DNA of 64,000 bases. Source: Blastocystis sp. Blastoise (taxonomy: Eukaryota > Protista > Bigyra: Opalinata). Below are positions 15,965 to 37,294 of this stretch, piece by piece. The first letter of the stretch is position 1. Each line of letters opens with the position of its first letter. The notes under the pieces were generated by a model. It ran no database searches. It saw only the letters and a list, made by a program, of their open reading frames with translations, and was not told the origin of the DNA. The stretch is taken from the NCBI GenBank assembly GCA_039096225.1, contig JBBPEB010000004.1:124001-188000 (forward strand). Direction: 5' to 3'. Position numbers and translations under genes: made by a program.

Positions 15965-18699
15965 ATGGAACAGTACTTTAAAAAATTACAAGTATATTAA
16001 TAGTAATATATATATATATATATAGATTGACAAGTCTACAACAGACGAAAAAAAAAAAGATGATGACATAATTACAGAAGAAACGAATAATAAACCAGAT
16101 ATTAATCCTAAATCCAAATATTATAGTGAAGTAAAAGAAGGAGTTAAAAGATATAATGCCAATCCAGTTGTTTATGGATTTAAAAAATTAACAAAAAACT
16201 CCTATTTTTGTTTAATCTGTGAGTCTACTCTCACGTGTAAAGGTTATGAAGCCTCAAAACTCTTCACTCATTTCAAGAATAAACATGGGTTAAGCAAATA
16301 TACATATGATGACATTCAAGAACTCTTAAAAGATCATAATGAAAACACAGAATACTCAAATTCTCTCTTTAGCTTTTCAGATTTATCCAGTAAGCTTTCA
16401 TATTTCATCGCCTACTCCATTTCAAAGAATGGATACAGCTACAGAACTGGAGAAAAATTAGTTAAACCTATTATTGAAGAATATGAAAGGTTAAAGAATG
16501 TCAAAGTCCTTTCTAATCTTCCGTTATCCTCAAGCAGTATCAAAAGAAAAAGTGATGAAATTGCTTTGACAATTCAACAAGAAGTAATAAATAGGATAAG
16601 ACAATCAGGATCATTTTCTATTCAGCTTGACGAGTCAACTGACATAGAAATGAAATCCTATTTACTCGTTTATGCTAGATACGAATATAATAAAAAGTTT
16701 ACTGAATCATTTTTAAGTATTTTTCAGATTAGTTCCAAAACAGGTGATAATATATTTAACATGGTAGATAATTTCTTTAATAATAATAACCTTCTGTGGA
16801 ATAATTGCGTATCAGCTACTTTTGACGGTGCTTCGAATATGAATGGAGACAAAAACTCCTTCAAAACACGAGTACTAGAGAAGAATAAGAATTGTATGTT
16901 CATCCACTGTTTTCTTCATAGAGAAGAACTCTGTGTAAACTGTTTACCAAAATACTTCACTAATATATTCAAAAGTGCTGTTGAGATAATTTCATATATA
17001 AAGAAGTCTGCTGTTAGACAAGACGAATCCAATAATTACAATATTGATAATGAATATTCATTAACCTCTTCTATCTTCTCTCCTCAAGATAACATACCTG
17101 ATTCCCCTAATAATATATCTTCTTTAGAGATAGAATATAATAAAGTAGTTGAATCCCTTTTAGATACATCTGATACAGATAATAATATAGATAATAATAT
17201 TCATGAAGTTTATAGTAATGATAAGAAGGAAGAAAAAAAGGAAAAAAATATTAGAAGTTATAAACTTCTCCTTTATTGCCCTACAAGATGGCTTTCATGC
17301 CATTCATCAATTAAAAGATTTAATTTACTTAGAAATGGAATAACACTAGTAATAAAAAAGGATAAAGAAAGGAAGGACTTATATAACACCATTATTGATA
17401 CTAACTTCATAGCTTCAATGTTATACCTTGAGGATGTTACCAGTTTATTCTATGATTGTAATAAATCAATGCAAGGACAGCATAGATATATATTTGGGTT
17501 AATAGACATTATGAAGGATTTATTTATAAAATTATCGTTGAGATTAGAAAGACTAATAAATAATAACGATTATTCATCATTTACGAAACTTAAGGATTAT
17601 GTATCTACAACCAAGCTTGATATTAATTCAATCATATTTTATATCAAAAATCATCTAATAACTCTTCGACGTAATTTACTGAATTATTTCCCAGAAATAC
17701 TAAATTATATTGGTAGTGATGAATCGTATCTTCAAGACCTTAATGAATATTTAATAGACCAAGAAAATACACATAATACATCAAATATATCTCATGAAGT
17801 GAATAGTAATGTTAATAACAATACATCAGTAGTATCAAACCAATTTAATATTCTTGGATCATTACAAGGTTGCGTATCTCCAAATGGAGTTGTAAATGGC
17901 TTAATAACCTATGTTGACATAGTTACTCAGCAATTAATAGAAACTCAAGTAACGATTAGAATTGACTTTCCATATTTAGTATATGGATACACTTTAGGTA
18001 GTATTTCTGGTGTTCTTAATAATTTCCCTAATAGTAGTATTCAAGGACAATACAATGGAATCATTAGTAATATAAATATAATTCAGGCTAATATCAATTG
18101 TATAATAACTCTTGGGGCAATCATTCCAAATGAAATAAGTAATAATACAAATCAAGGAGAAGTACAAAAGAATAAAAAGCAGAAGAAAACGAATAGTAAC
18201 ATAAAAAAACCAAAAAATACACCAACAACTAATCTTATTGATCATTCTTTATATTGGATTACTAATCCATTTTCAAAAGTAGCTGACGAAAATAAAATGG
18301 AGTTTCATGTTAAAGAAGAGTATTTCTGTTTACTTGCTGATAAAACATGTAGAGAAGAATTTAATAACGTACCAATAGATGAGTTCTATATAAGCCATAA
18401 GAGTCGTTTTCCATTATTATATGATATAGCCAAGAAATGTTTTCTTCCCTTTGCAACTTCATATCTCTGTGAGAGCGGTTTCAGTCATCTCGTGTATATA
18501 AAAAACAAATACAGAAACACTATTAATCCAACAACCCAAATGACAATTGGATTAACTTCTGATATCATTGATTCTTCATCACTTATAACTACTGTTTTAG
18601 AGCGTATGTATATTATAAGTATTATATTCATAATTCACATAATATAGAATCTATTCTTAATTATATATAGATAAATTAAAGAAAAAGAAACTCGATTGA
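15965..18699 (+). CDS. hAT transposase, Buster/Charlie (ZBED5/ZBED8/SCAND3-like) type, about 877 aa; exons 15965-15991, 16026-18603, 18671-18699
   Basis: Frame is open from 16026. BED-type finger CLIC...KLFTHFKNKH, then GEKLVKP and LPLS. Catalytic SIQLDESTD, TFDGASNM and ATSYLCESGFS, plus HCFLHRE (CxxH) and TRWLS. C-terminal dimerisation region KNKYRN. Confidence 0.93.
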
Positions 18700-19299
18700 T
18701 AACATCTAGCAACAAAATCACTAATCTAATCCAACTACTTAATTACTGTATTTATACTACAAAGTACATTGATTTCTTTTACTATTAATATTTATATATT
18801 TATATTGTTTTCATTATATTAACTATTTGTATTCCATAATGTTTTATTGTTACATTATAATTTGTATTGTTTTAATTAACTCAAGAAGATATACTGTTAT
18901 CTTTTAAATATAATTATAAATAGATGACATTGAATATTCCTTTATATATTTGATTATATCAATAGTATATAGTTTCTTAATTAGAATCACTATTCCTTAA
19001 TAATTTTTATCTATATTTCAATTATTTTTCTAATTATATTCTTTTTCAAGTACTATTATATTCAGATCAAACGAATAACTGAGAAATATTATTACTTATA
19101 TGAAAAATAAATATTATTTTAGAAGTAATTATTTCATATATACTAATCTCTCTAGTATAATACTTTAAAACAATATCCAATACTAATAAGAATCTTTATT
19201 CAATCAAAAGTATAATATACAACTATAAAGTATACTCTTCTTAAATCAAATAGTATATCTAATCAAGAAGATTAAATATATAAATAAATAGCAAAATAT

Positions 19300-22200
19300 A
19301 TTTTCAATCATAATGTATCAATAGAAAGAACCAAATAACTACTAAAATCATTTACCTGACTTATCAATCAAATATCACAAAGAGAGTGATAACAATTGGT
19401 TCCTAAAGAATATACTATTTTCCAAAACATATATATAAAGTGGAATCTTAAATCGTTTACACCAACAATTTTATATTTATACATGAATTCAAAAGGAAAG
19501 AGCAAGATGTGTTATATCTATATTAAGTATCATATGAGGGATTATATATATCCGAAAGAGTATTAGAATATATGATATAATAGAAAGTAATGTGGATTTT
19601 ATATTATAATAGCATGAAATAAGTATTAGATTAAGATTCATGATATTATATAAAGGTTAGCATTTGAAAGATTATCAGAAGAAAAATTATTGGAAAGATT
19701 GACATAGACTTAATGAGAATATATTTATATATGTAGATCATAAAGAAGATAACTAAAAACTTGTAAATAAAATTTGAAGTTAAGAAGAAGGAAGAATGCA
19801 TATATCAACTGAATTTATAATCGGCAGTGATAAATGAGTAGAAGAGACGATAATAATTATTTTTAGTATATTTTTAAAGACAATAACATGAAGAGAGAAC
19901 AATATTCGTATAAAAATATATATAAATCTATAAATAGAAATACAATAAATAAACCATAAGAAGTAATAAGAAGTTGATTTCTATATTATATCATCATGAG
20001 TAAAAGAACAAACGGAGTAAATTGTATATAATAGTTAGACATTGTATAAATAATATGAAGTAACGGCTGATAACGGAAAAAGCAGGTGTAAATATATATA
20101 AGCATATTAATTATGTACATATGCACTTAAGAAGATATAATATCTAAAGTAATAGAAATGAAAATAAATTTAGAAAATAAACAATTCGAGAACTACCTCA
20201 ACCGTATTCAACAAAATAGAAGAAATACAAATAGTATTATAGTATTCATATCAGCATGAATGTAAGATGTATATAGATAATAAGTTAAAGGGAGTTGAAA
20301 TGGTTTAAAGTAAATAGAGATAGTATTTTATTAAATAACAGTACGAAAGAAATATGGAGACATAGATCCTATTATATAATTATATCATTTTTGGAAAATG
20401 AGAGTAATTAGAAATGAGAAAGAATAGAAGGAATAGAAGGTGTAGATACTAGGCTTTTATAAAAAATTAAATAAGAAGAAGAGAATGTACACAATAATAA
20501 TAAATAAGAGTAGCCATATAAATATGTTTAAGTAACAAAAAGAGCAAAACCTTAGAATGAAGAGAAATAATAAAAATATCTTTTGTGGTATATAGATAAT
20601 AGTAATACAACAATGAGAACAAATCCTAACTTTGATTACTAAAATCCATGATGAGTAGTGCCAAGAGAGAAATTGTTGGAAAGAAAAAGAAAGGAAACGA
20701 ACGAGAAGAATTATAAAAAACGATAGTAAGAAATAGGACTAATAAAAATATTCAAACCCATATTATTTAGACAAGAAATGGAAAATGCTTCTGAAATAAT
20801 AACTGTGTAAATAGGAAATACAATAAACATGAGCATTAAAGAATATGAAGAGAGATAATGATGAAGCAGTATTAAAATGAATAAGTCTAATAATGAGCAC
20901 ACAATATACACAATAGAAGCACTAGAAATAAAAGAAAAGTGGATAAAGAAATAGAGATAATGAGGAAGTATAGGATTAAAAATAGGCACAAAAATAAGTA
21001 GACCATGGGATAATATATAGAACATGAGAAAACGAAGAAAACCATAAATGAAGGATATGAATATGTATATGAAGAGTATATTTGAATGAAATATGAAAAT
21101 AAATTAATTGAGTATGTTTTCAATTATAGAAACAAATATAAAAATAAATCTGTTAGAATAATAAAACTAAGATATATAATAATATATAATAGTGAGGAAT
21201 TTGTAATTATTAAAGGAAAAGAAAATCGTCATTAAATCTCATAGTATGTTTAATAGAGAAATATGAAACGACTATTAGAATAACATAAGAACATAAAGAA
21301 TTCTATCATAGGAGAAAAAGGAATATCAACTAAGGATAATATAAAAGTAATATAAAAATAGCACATCTAGAAACTCTTTAATAAAGGGAAAAGAACATGC
21401 AGGTGAAGTATTACGAATGATCACATAATAATTGAAAAGCACCAGAAGAAATGAAGAGTCTAATAAATATAAAGATACCATACGAAGAAGATAGGAAGAG
21501 ACTGAAAAACCAGAAAACTAATACAATTAATGTAATGCTATAATACCTTAAAAGAACAAAAGATGAAATAAGATAAGGAAATAAGATAAGGTTTATAACT
21601 AAAAATTCAATATATAATAGTAGACTAACGATAACATGAAGAGAAGTTGAAGAATAATTAACCAAGATGAAAATATATACAAAGAATAAAAAGAAATTCA
21701 AAAATTTTATACAGAAAACTACAACAAAGAAATATCATATAGATACTTTCCTGTATAATAGCATATTAAAGAATTACACAATAAGATACTAAAACATTCA
21801 AAAACTTATAATAGTAAACTTGATAGAATAAGAGTACATGATAATATTGTAATATAGACAAAAGGATTTAAGGATGAAAAGAAATAAACATCAATTGTTA
21901 CTAATCTGCTACTATCTTCAGTAGAAACTTATGTATGTTAGTAACCATAGTAAGTATTAATCGCAGAGATGAAGTGTTTAAGTATTTATTAAATACTAGA
22001 ATAAGAATAAGAAAATTCATAATAAGTAAATCTATAAGAAAATGTCATCGTTATATATAAATACCATTATAATACAGTATGAAAAAAGGAAGTATCAGAA
22101 AAATAAAAAACAAAAACAAAATAATTAGCACTTATAAAGTAGAACAAGCAATCAAAAGCACATTAGTCGAATAAAATCAAACATACAAACAACATAAATA

Positions 22201-22600
22201 AAGATCTCATTAATCGCAAAGTTACAAAAAAAAAAATGAGTATACTAATTCAAGAAGAGAAGTAAGGAAGTTTGGTGAGTAACCAAATCAGATGTAAATA
22301 ATAAATGGAAGGCAACAAACTGTAAATATTCATAAAATTATACATTGCAAGTAATCATTCCAAGAATAAGTAACTGATAAGTATCCATCACGTAGCACAT
22401 TGTAAGATATGTGTATTGAACACTGATCATAACGAGCAAGTACGTAACAAAGCAATCAACAAACAATGGGAAATCATCATGTAGTAGATATTGACTAGTA
22501 TTTAAGAGGAGTTCACAATGCAACAAAAACCAATATGAATCTTAATGATAAACCATTATTAGTTCAGAAAGCAGATAGAAAGCAAGTTTGAAAAAATATT
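19300..22600 (-). pseudogene. Possible heavily decayed cargo gene remnant(s) inside the hAT element
   Basis: Purine-rich plus strand, as seen opposite host coding strands. Broken minus-strand frames such as LSLRFILVFVAL...VLARYDQCSIHISYNVLRDGYLSVTYSWNDYLQ, followed by an intron-like GTATAA...TTTACAG near 22320-22343. No long ORF. Confidence 0.3.
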
Positions 22601-22983
22601 ATAGGCAATAATCTTATTCTGATTTGAATCTTTAACAAAAGAATGAAATTATCATTGAAATTTTTAAAGAATGACTGAAGTTTTAAAAATAATCAAATAG
22701 TCAGTCCTTTCCTGACTTTGGTGACACTTGCCACCAAATTTTGTGACACTTTTTCAGCCATGCTTAATTCTGCTGAATTTATCAAACACATAAGGAAGTT
22801 TTTTGTAACAAAATATGATACTCATGAGTTTTGTCATCAGACTGAATGAAAGGCTTTTCACCTTATTTGTATACATGGCCATAAATCATAATATTTTTGA
22901 CAAAGTTAACCTAAATACAAAAAATGTCTTTATAAATGAGCAAATAAAGCTATCATTTATTTGATATAAGCCATCAAACATAT

Positions 22984-30084
<7,101 letters not shown>

Positions 30085-30267
30085 AAAGAAAGAAAGTAAT
30101 TAAGTAAAGCAGATTATAAAAATTAAAATAAATACTCAAGGCGAATACTCTTGATAAACTAAGTTAATTAAATTAAACCAAAATAAATGATCGTATCAAG
30201 AGATAATCAAAATAAATATATAAAAGAACAAGTTTCATAAAAAGATGTTTTTCCAAGAAATAAAAAT

Positions 30268-30345
30268 AAAAATGCCTCTTGCGAGATTCGATCCAGCGAC
30301 AATTACCATAATAGCTACAGCGCTGGTCAACTATACCAACCGATT
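30268..30345 (-). ncRNA. tRNA-sized Pol III-like unit, copy 1 (A box + B box + T5); not a foldable tRNA
   Basis: On the minus strand: A-box-like TGGTATAGTTGA (30338-30327), B-box-like GGATCGAATCT (30294-30284) starting 44 nt later, and TTTTT (30272-30268). Confidence 0.5.
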
Positions 30346-30629
30346 TCTCAATTTTATTTTTTCATGTGTTCTATATAATAAGTTTAAAATTATTTGATAT
30401 CTTCAAATATTATATTTATGCTCTTTTATTACATTTATAACATTCTAGAAATACTTAGAATTGTTTTTAAACAATAATTACTATTTTTTGAAAAAAAAGT
30501 TTGTTGATATGTTGATTCTAAACTAAAAAGCAGATATCAATGATGTAAATAATGTTTACAGATAATAAAAATGAAACAAAGTTGATTTTAAATAAAATCA
30601 TTGTAAATAGCAGTCAAAAGAAAAAGTTT

Positions 30630-30708
30630 AAAAAAATAGTTCCTCGTAAGATTCGATCCGTCCACTATGTAAAAATTTTATACGCACTGACCATTTGACC
30701 AAACAACT
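30630..30708 (-). ncRNA. tRNA-sized Pol III-like unit, copy 2 (A box + B box + T7); not a foldable tRNA
   Basis: On the minus strand: A box TGGTCAAATGG (30701-30691), identical B-box-like GGATCGAATCT (30659-30649) starting 42 nt later, and T7 (30636-30630). Confidence 0.52.
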
Positions 30709-31189
30709 CCCTTATAATATTTTTCATCAAGTCATATAATAATTGCAAAGCTAGTGACTACTAACCGTTTTTTTATTTTTTTATTTTTAAACATAAAAAC
30801 AATATATTTTATAATATAAATATTATAAATGTGTTGTGTGACTTATTCTACATATAAAATACATTTTAAAACCATTTTATAAGGCTATTAAAAATCATTT
30901 TGTTGGACGTATTGTTTTTTCAAATCCAGCTTTTGTTCATTGTATTGTTTTTTGTTTGATTTTTGAAAAATAATATTTTAATATGCTTTTCGTTTATTTA
31001 ATTTTTATTACTTGTCAGGATGTATCTGTACAGTCCCTACAAGACTACTTCATGATATTTTATAAAAATAAAAACTTTTTAATTACATTATTATTTTTTA
31101 TAATATTTTTTAGTATTTATTGACATTATTTTTCATTATAAACATAAATAAAAGTCTTTAAAATAATATACAAAAGAATATCTTAAGCA

Positions 31190-31520
31190 ATTGACTTTTG
31201 TCACAAAATAATTTTTATTTGTCACCCAAATTAACACAAATAGTCAAATATAGGAATCATACTTGTTGTTATTTGATGACTTATGAACTTTTAAGTCATG
31301 TATCTGTCACAACATGTGTCACAAAAATCTTCTTAGATGACTTATTTCAAAACATTTATACATTATATATCAAAATAATATGTTTTAAGTTAAAAACTGT
31401 CATGTCATAGTATAATAGTCAATGAATGAATTACTTTTTTATGTCACCCGGTCTTTTTTTCATGAAAAGTGTGTAAATTAATGCGTCTTGATGAGCTGAG
31501 TTTGAAAATTTTTTGACCAC
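31190..31520. promoter_or_regulatory. Dense cluster of TGAC/GTCA(C/T) motifs inside the right arm of the element
   Basis: About 14 TGAC/GTCA cores in roughly 330 bp. Similar clusters precede host genes, e.g. 44840-45230. Confidence 0.4.
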
Positions 31521-31908
31521 TAATAATCAGTATTTAGCCAATTTAAAAGAATTCAAAGTTTTGTAAAAATTTGAAGCATGTATTGCTATTATGATTCTAC
31601 TACTACTATATTATTAAGATCTACACATAATCACGCTTTTTTCCTAATTGTTAAATACTTAAAGACAATCAATCATTATAACTACATGATTAACATTCTA
31701 AAAATGCTAAAAAATTCAATTTGCTCTCTAATTATAATATGTGTAAGGTTATTATTTATTCAACAACAAATCAAATTACATCAACAAACACAAACCTCGT
31801 GTAAAATGTCAAAAACATCATTATTGAGCTTATCTCGATCCTCTAAAAATTATTAAACGTTTTATTCTATGTAGATTTATAAAAATTAAAAGAAAAATGA
31901 AATAAAAG

Positions 31909-31974
31909 ATTTAAGCGCAAAAACAACATCGAAAAGCGCACTTTGCGCTTAAAGCGCAGTTTTGGCACACCCTG
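31909..31974 (-). repeat. Right terminal and subterminal inverted repeat of the hAT element, with four AAGCGCA/TGCGCTT units
   Basis: ATTTAAGCGCAAAAA...AAAGCGCACTTTGCGCTTAAAGCGCA...TGGCACACCCTG. Confidence 0.85.
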
Positions 31975-31982
31975 ATTGGTTG
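31975..31982 (+). repeat. Right 8-bp target-site duplication ATTGGTTG
   Basis: Directly follows CCCTG and is identical to 15754-15761. Confidence 0.88.
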
Positions 31983-32105
31983 GGTTATTTTTTCATTCAG
32001 GTTGGGGTGACGTGTCTTTGAGTTTTTGTCATTCCCTGTGTGCACTGACTACGTATTTTTAATTTACTTCCTTCGTTATATTTTATTTTATATACACTCT
32101 AAATA

Positions 32106-33302
32106 ATGCGTATAGTACTTGTTATTGATCAATGGGATAATGTGAGACATGGAGTTACAGTTGCTGCTAGAAGAACTGTAGAGATCTTAAGAAAACATGG
32201 TCACTATGTAAGAGTCGTTGCTACTGGTCTTCCTGAACAAGATAAATATGTAGTTCCTGAAATTGATGATATCGTTCAAAAAGCTTCAAGTCAACATGCT
32301 TTAAAGTATGGTTATCCTGATGAAGCTGTTCTTCGTGAAGCTTTTGTAGGAGCTGATTTAGTTCATTTTATGATTCCTTATAAGCTTTGTGCTAAAGGTG
32401 CTGATATTGCTTTAGAAATGCATATTCCTATAACTGGTGCTTTCCATGTTCAACCTGAAAATATTACTCATCATTTAAACTTGTATATGTTCCCTTTTGT
32501 TGCGGAGTGTATTTTTGAAGGATTTAAATATTGTTATTACAATAAATTCGAGTTCATTCATTGTCCTACTGAATTTATTGCTAATGAGCTTAGACGTCAC
32601 AACTATGATGCCAGACTTTATGTTATTTCTAATGGTGTTCATGAATGTTTCAAACCTCATCCTGAAATAAAGAAGCCTGCTGAATGGGCTGATAAGTTTG
32701 TCGTTACTATGGTTGGTCGTTATGCTCATGAAAAGAGACAAGATGTCTTGATAAAGGCTATTAAAGGTTCTCCTATCGAAGATAAGATTCAATTAGTATT
32801 TGCTGGAACTGGTCCTTTAGAAGAACATTATAAGAAACTTGCTCATGGTTTAAAGAATCCTGCTCATTTCAGTTGGTATGATAGAGATGGATTAGTTACT
32901 TTATTAAATCAATCTGATTTATATATTCATTGTGCTGATGCTGAAATTGAAGCTATTTCTGCTATTGAAGCTATTTCTTGTGGAGTTGTTCCTGTTATTG
33001 CTGTTAGTAAAAAATCTGCTACTCGTCAATTTGCTCTTGATCAAAGAAGTTTATTTGAACATGCTCAACCTCATCAATTATTAGAAAAAATTACTTATTG
33101 GATTGAACATCCTGAAGAACTTCATGCAATGAAGAGTGAATATACTAAAGAAGCTGAACAATATCAACTTGAATCATGTGTTTACAAATTAGAAGGTATG
33201 TTTATGGATTCTATAAAGTATTATAATGAAACTGTATGGTGTCCTAAACCTGTTATTACTGAAACATCTGGTATTAATGTTACTGGTAGATATACTGCTT
33301 AA
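32106..33302 (+). CDS. cgt: Intronless GT4 (GT-B fold) glycosyltransferase, cholesterol alpha-glucosyltransferase-like (Helicobacter HP0421 type), 398 aa
   Basis: Motifs that I recall from H. pylori CGT: GAFHVQPENI, IHCPTEFIANEL, ISNG, MVGRYAHEKRQDVLIKA, EAISCGVVPVIA, SATRQFALDQRSLFE. No introns, unlike its neighbours. Confidence 0.88.
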   Translation: MRIVLVIDQWDNVRHGVTVAARRTVEILRKHGHYVRVVATGLPEQDKYVVPEIDDIVQKASSQHALKYGYPDEAVLREAFVGADLVHFMIPYKLCAKGADIALEMHIPITGAFHVQPENITHHLNLYMFPFVAECIFEGFKYCYYNKFEFIHCPTEFIANELRRHNYDARLYVISNGVHECFKPHPEIKKPAEWADKFVVTMVGRYAHEKRQDVLIKAIKGSPIEDKIQLVFAGTGPLEEHYKKLAHGLKNPAHFSWYDRDGLVTLLNQSDLYIHCADAEIEAISAIEAISCGVVPVIAVSKKSATRQFALDQRSLFEHAQPHQLLEKITYWIEHPEELHAMKSEYTKEAEQYQLESCVYKLEGMFMDSIKYYNETVWCPKPVITETSGINVTGRYTA

Positions 33303-33773
33303 GAAAGCAATTTTATTTTACTTTCTTTTTTTTGCAGTTTATTGTGTTTATGTTTTATTTAATATATATCTTTAAATTAATAATAATCAATCCTTATTAA
33401 ATAAATATTTATTCTATTTTATAAGGATTCTTTCTCATTTTAATTTTTCTCTGTTTTACCTTTCTTTGTATGTTTCACTATTATTTGTGTCTATTGTTAT
33501 TCATTAGATGTTTCAATTTCTCTTTCTAGTTGTATCTTTACTATGAAGATATTTATGTCTTTTTCTTTTGATAATTATTCGTTTATTAGTAAAAACCTTG
33601 AGTCTTTTATGTATTTTAGTTTTGTTATGATTTTATTAAAAATAAAGTTGTTTATTATTTATAATAATAATATTTTTTATATTTTATGATAATAATAAAT
33701 GATTATTATGATTAAAAAAACAAATTGAAAAAAGAAACACAATAGACTGATAAATAATGATTTTAATATATAC

Positions 33774-36628
<2,855 letters not shown>

Positions 36629-37294
36629 TTTATTCTTGTTATTTCTTATAATATACTTTTTCTTCTATATAGAAACAAAAAGAAGTTTTCTAGTTTTTTC
36701 TTTGTTGAAAAACAAAATATCTGCGATTATTTATCAAAAACCTAGTCATAAAACAAAATGTTTCGTGAATTTTCCTTCGCAATTTTCTTTGTTTCAATAA
36801 CATGCTCTATGAAGGTAAATAATTCTTTCCATTCTTATTTTAAAATAAGAGTAAATATATTTTCTAGTTTATCATGAAATCATGTACTCAGTTATCTAAG
36901 CTACTTTTATATATAGTTTATAGATACGTAGAAGACATGACGATAACAATCATTATAATTTTTCAAAATATTTTGTTGATTTTCCACGAATATATGTATA
37001 AATCTATTTTTTTATGGTTGTTTTGCGAAACATAATCAAAAAATAGGGAGAGAAGACGAATGTTTTATGATTATTCAGTCGAAGTGACCCTAAATTATGA
37101 CTGTTTCAGGGTAAGAAAACCATAGGCAAAAAACATAAATTCCCAGATTTATGTCGTCTTATGAATCGGGAGTTTGAAGGAGAAGGATTTGTATTGTTTT
37201 TATGGTTGAATCTCAACTATAAATTGTTGGTTCATTCTAACAGGGATATCTATTATCGATTCTATTATTCGAATATTTAAATTATCCCCCCAGT

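Noticed and set aside
20600-21900. An LTR retrotransposon gag-pol inside the hAT element
   Set aside because: No recognisable protease, RT or integrase motifs, and no LTR pair.
30273-30708. Calling the two A/B-box units functional tRNA genes
   Set aside because: Acceptor, anticodon and T stems do not pair and no anticodon can be assigned.
32106-33302. CGT as cargo of the transposon
   Set aside because: It lies outside the right terminus and TSD (31974/31982).
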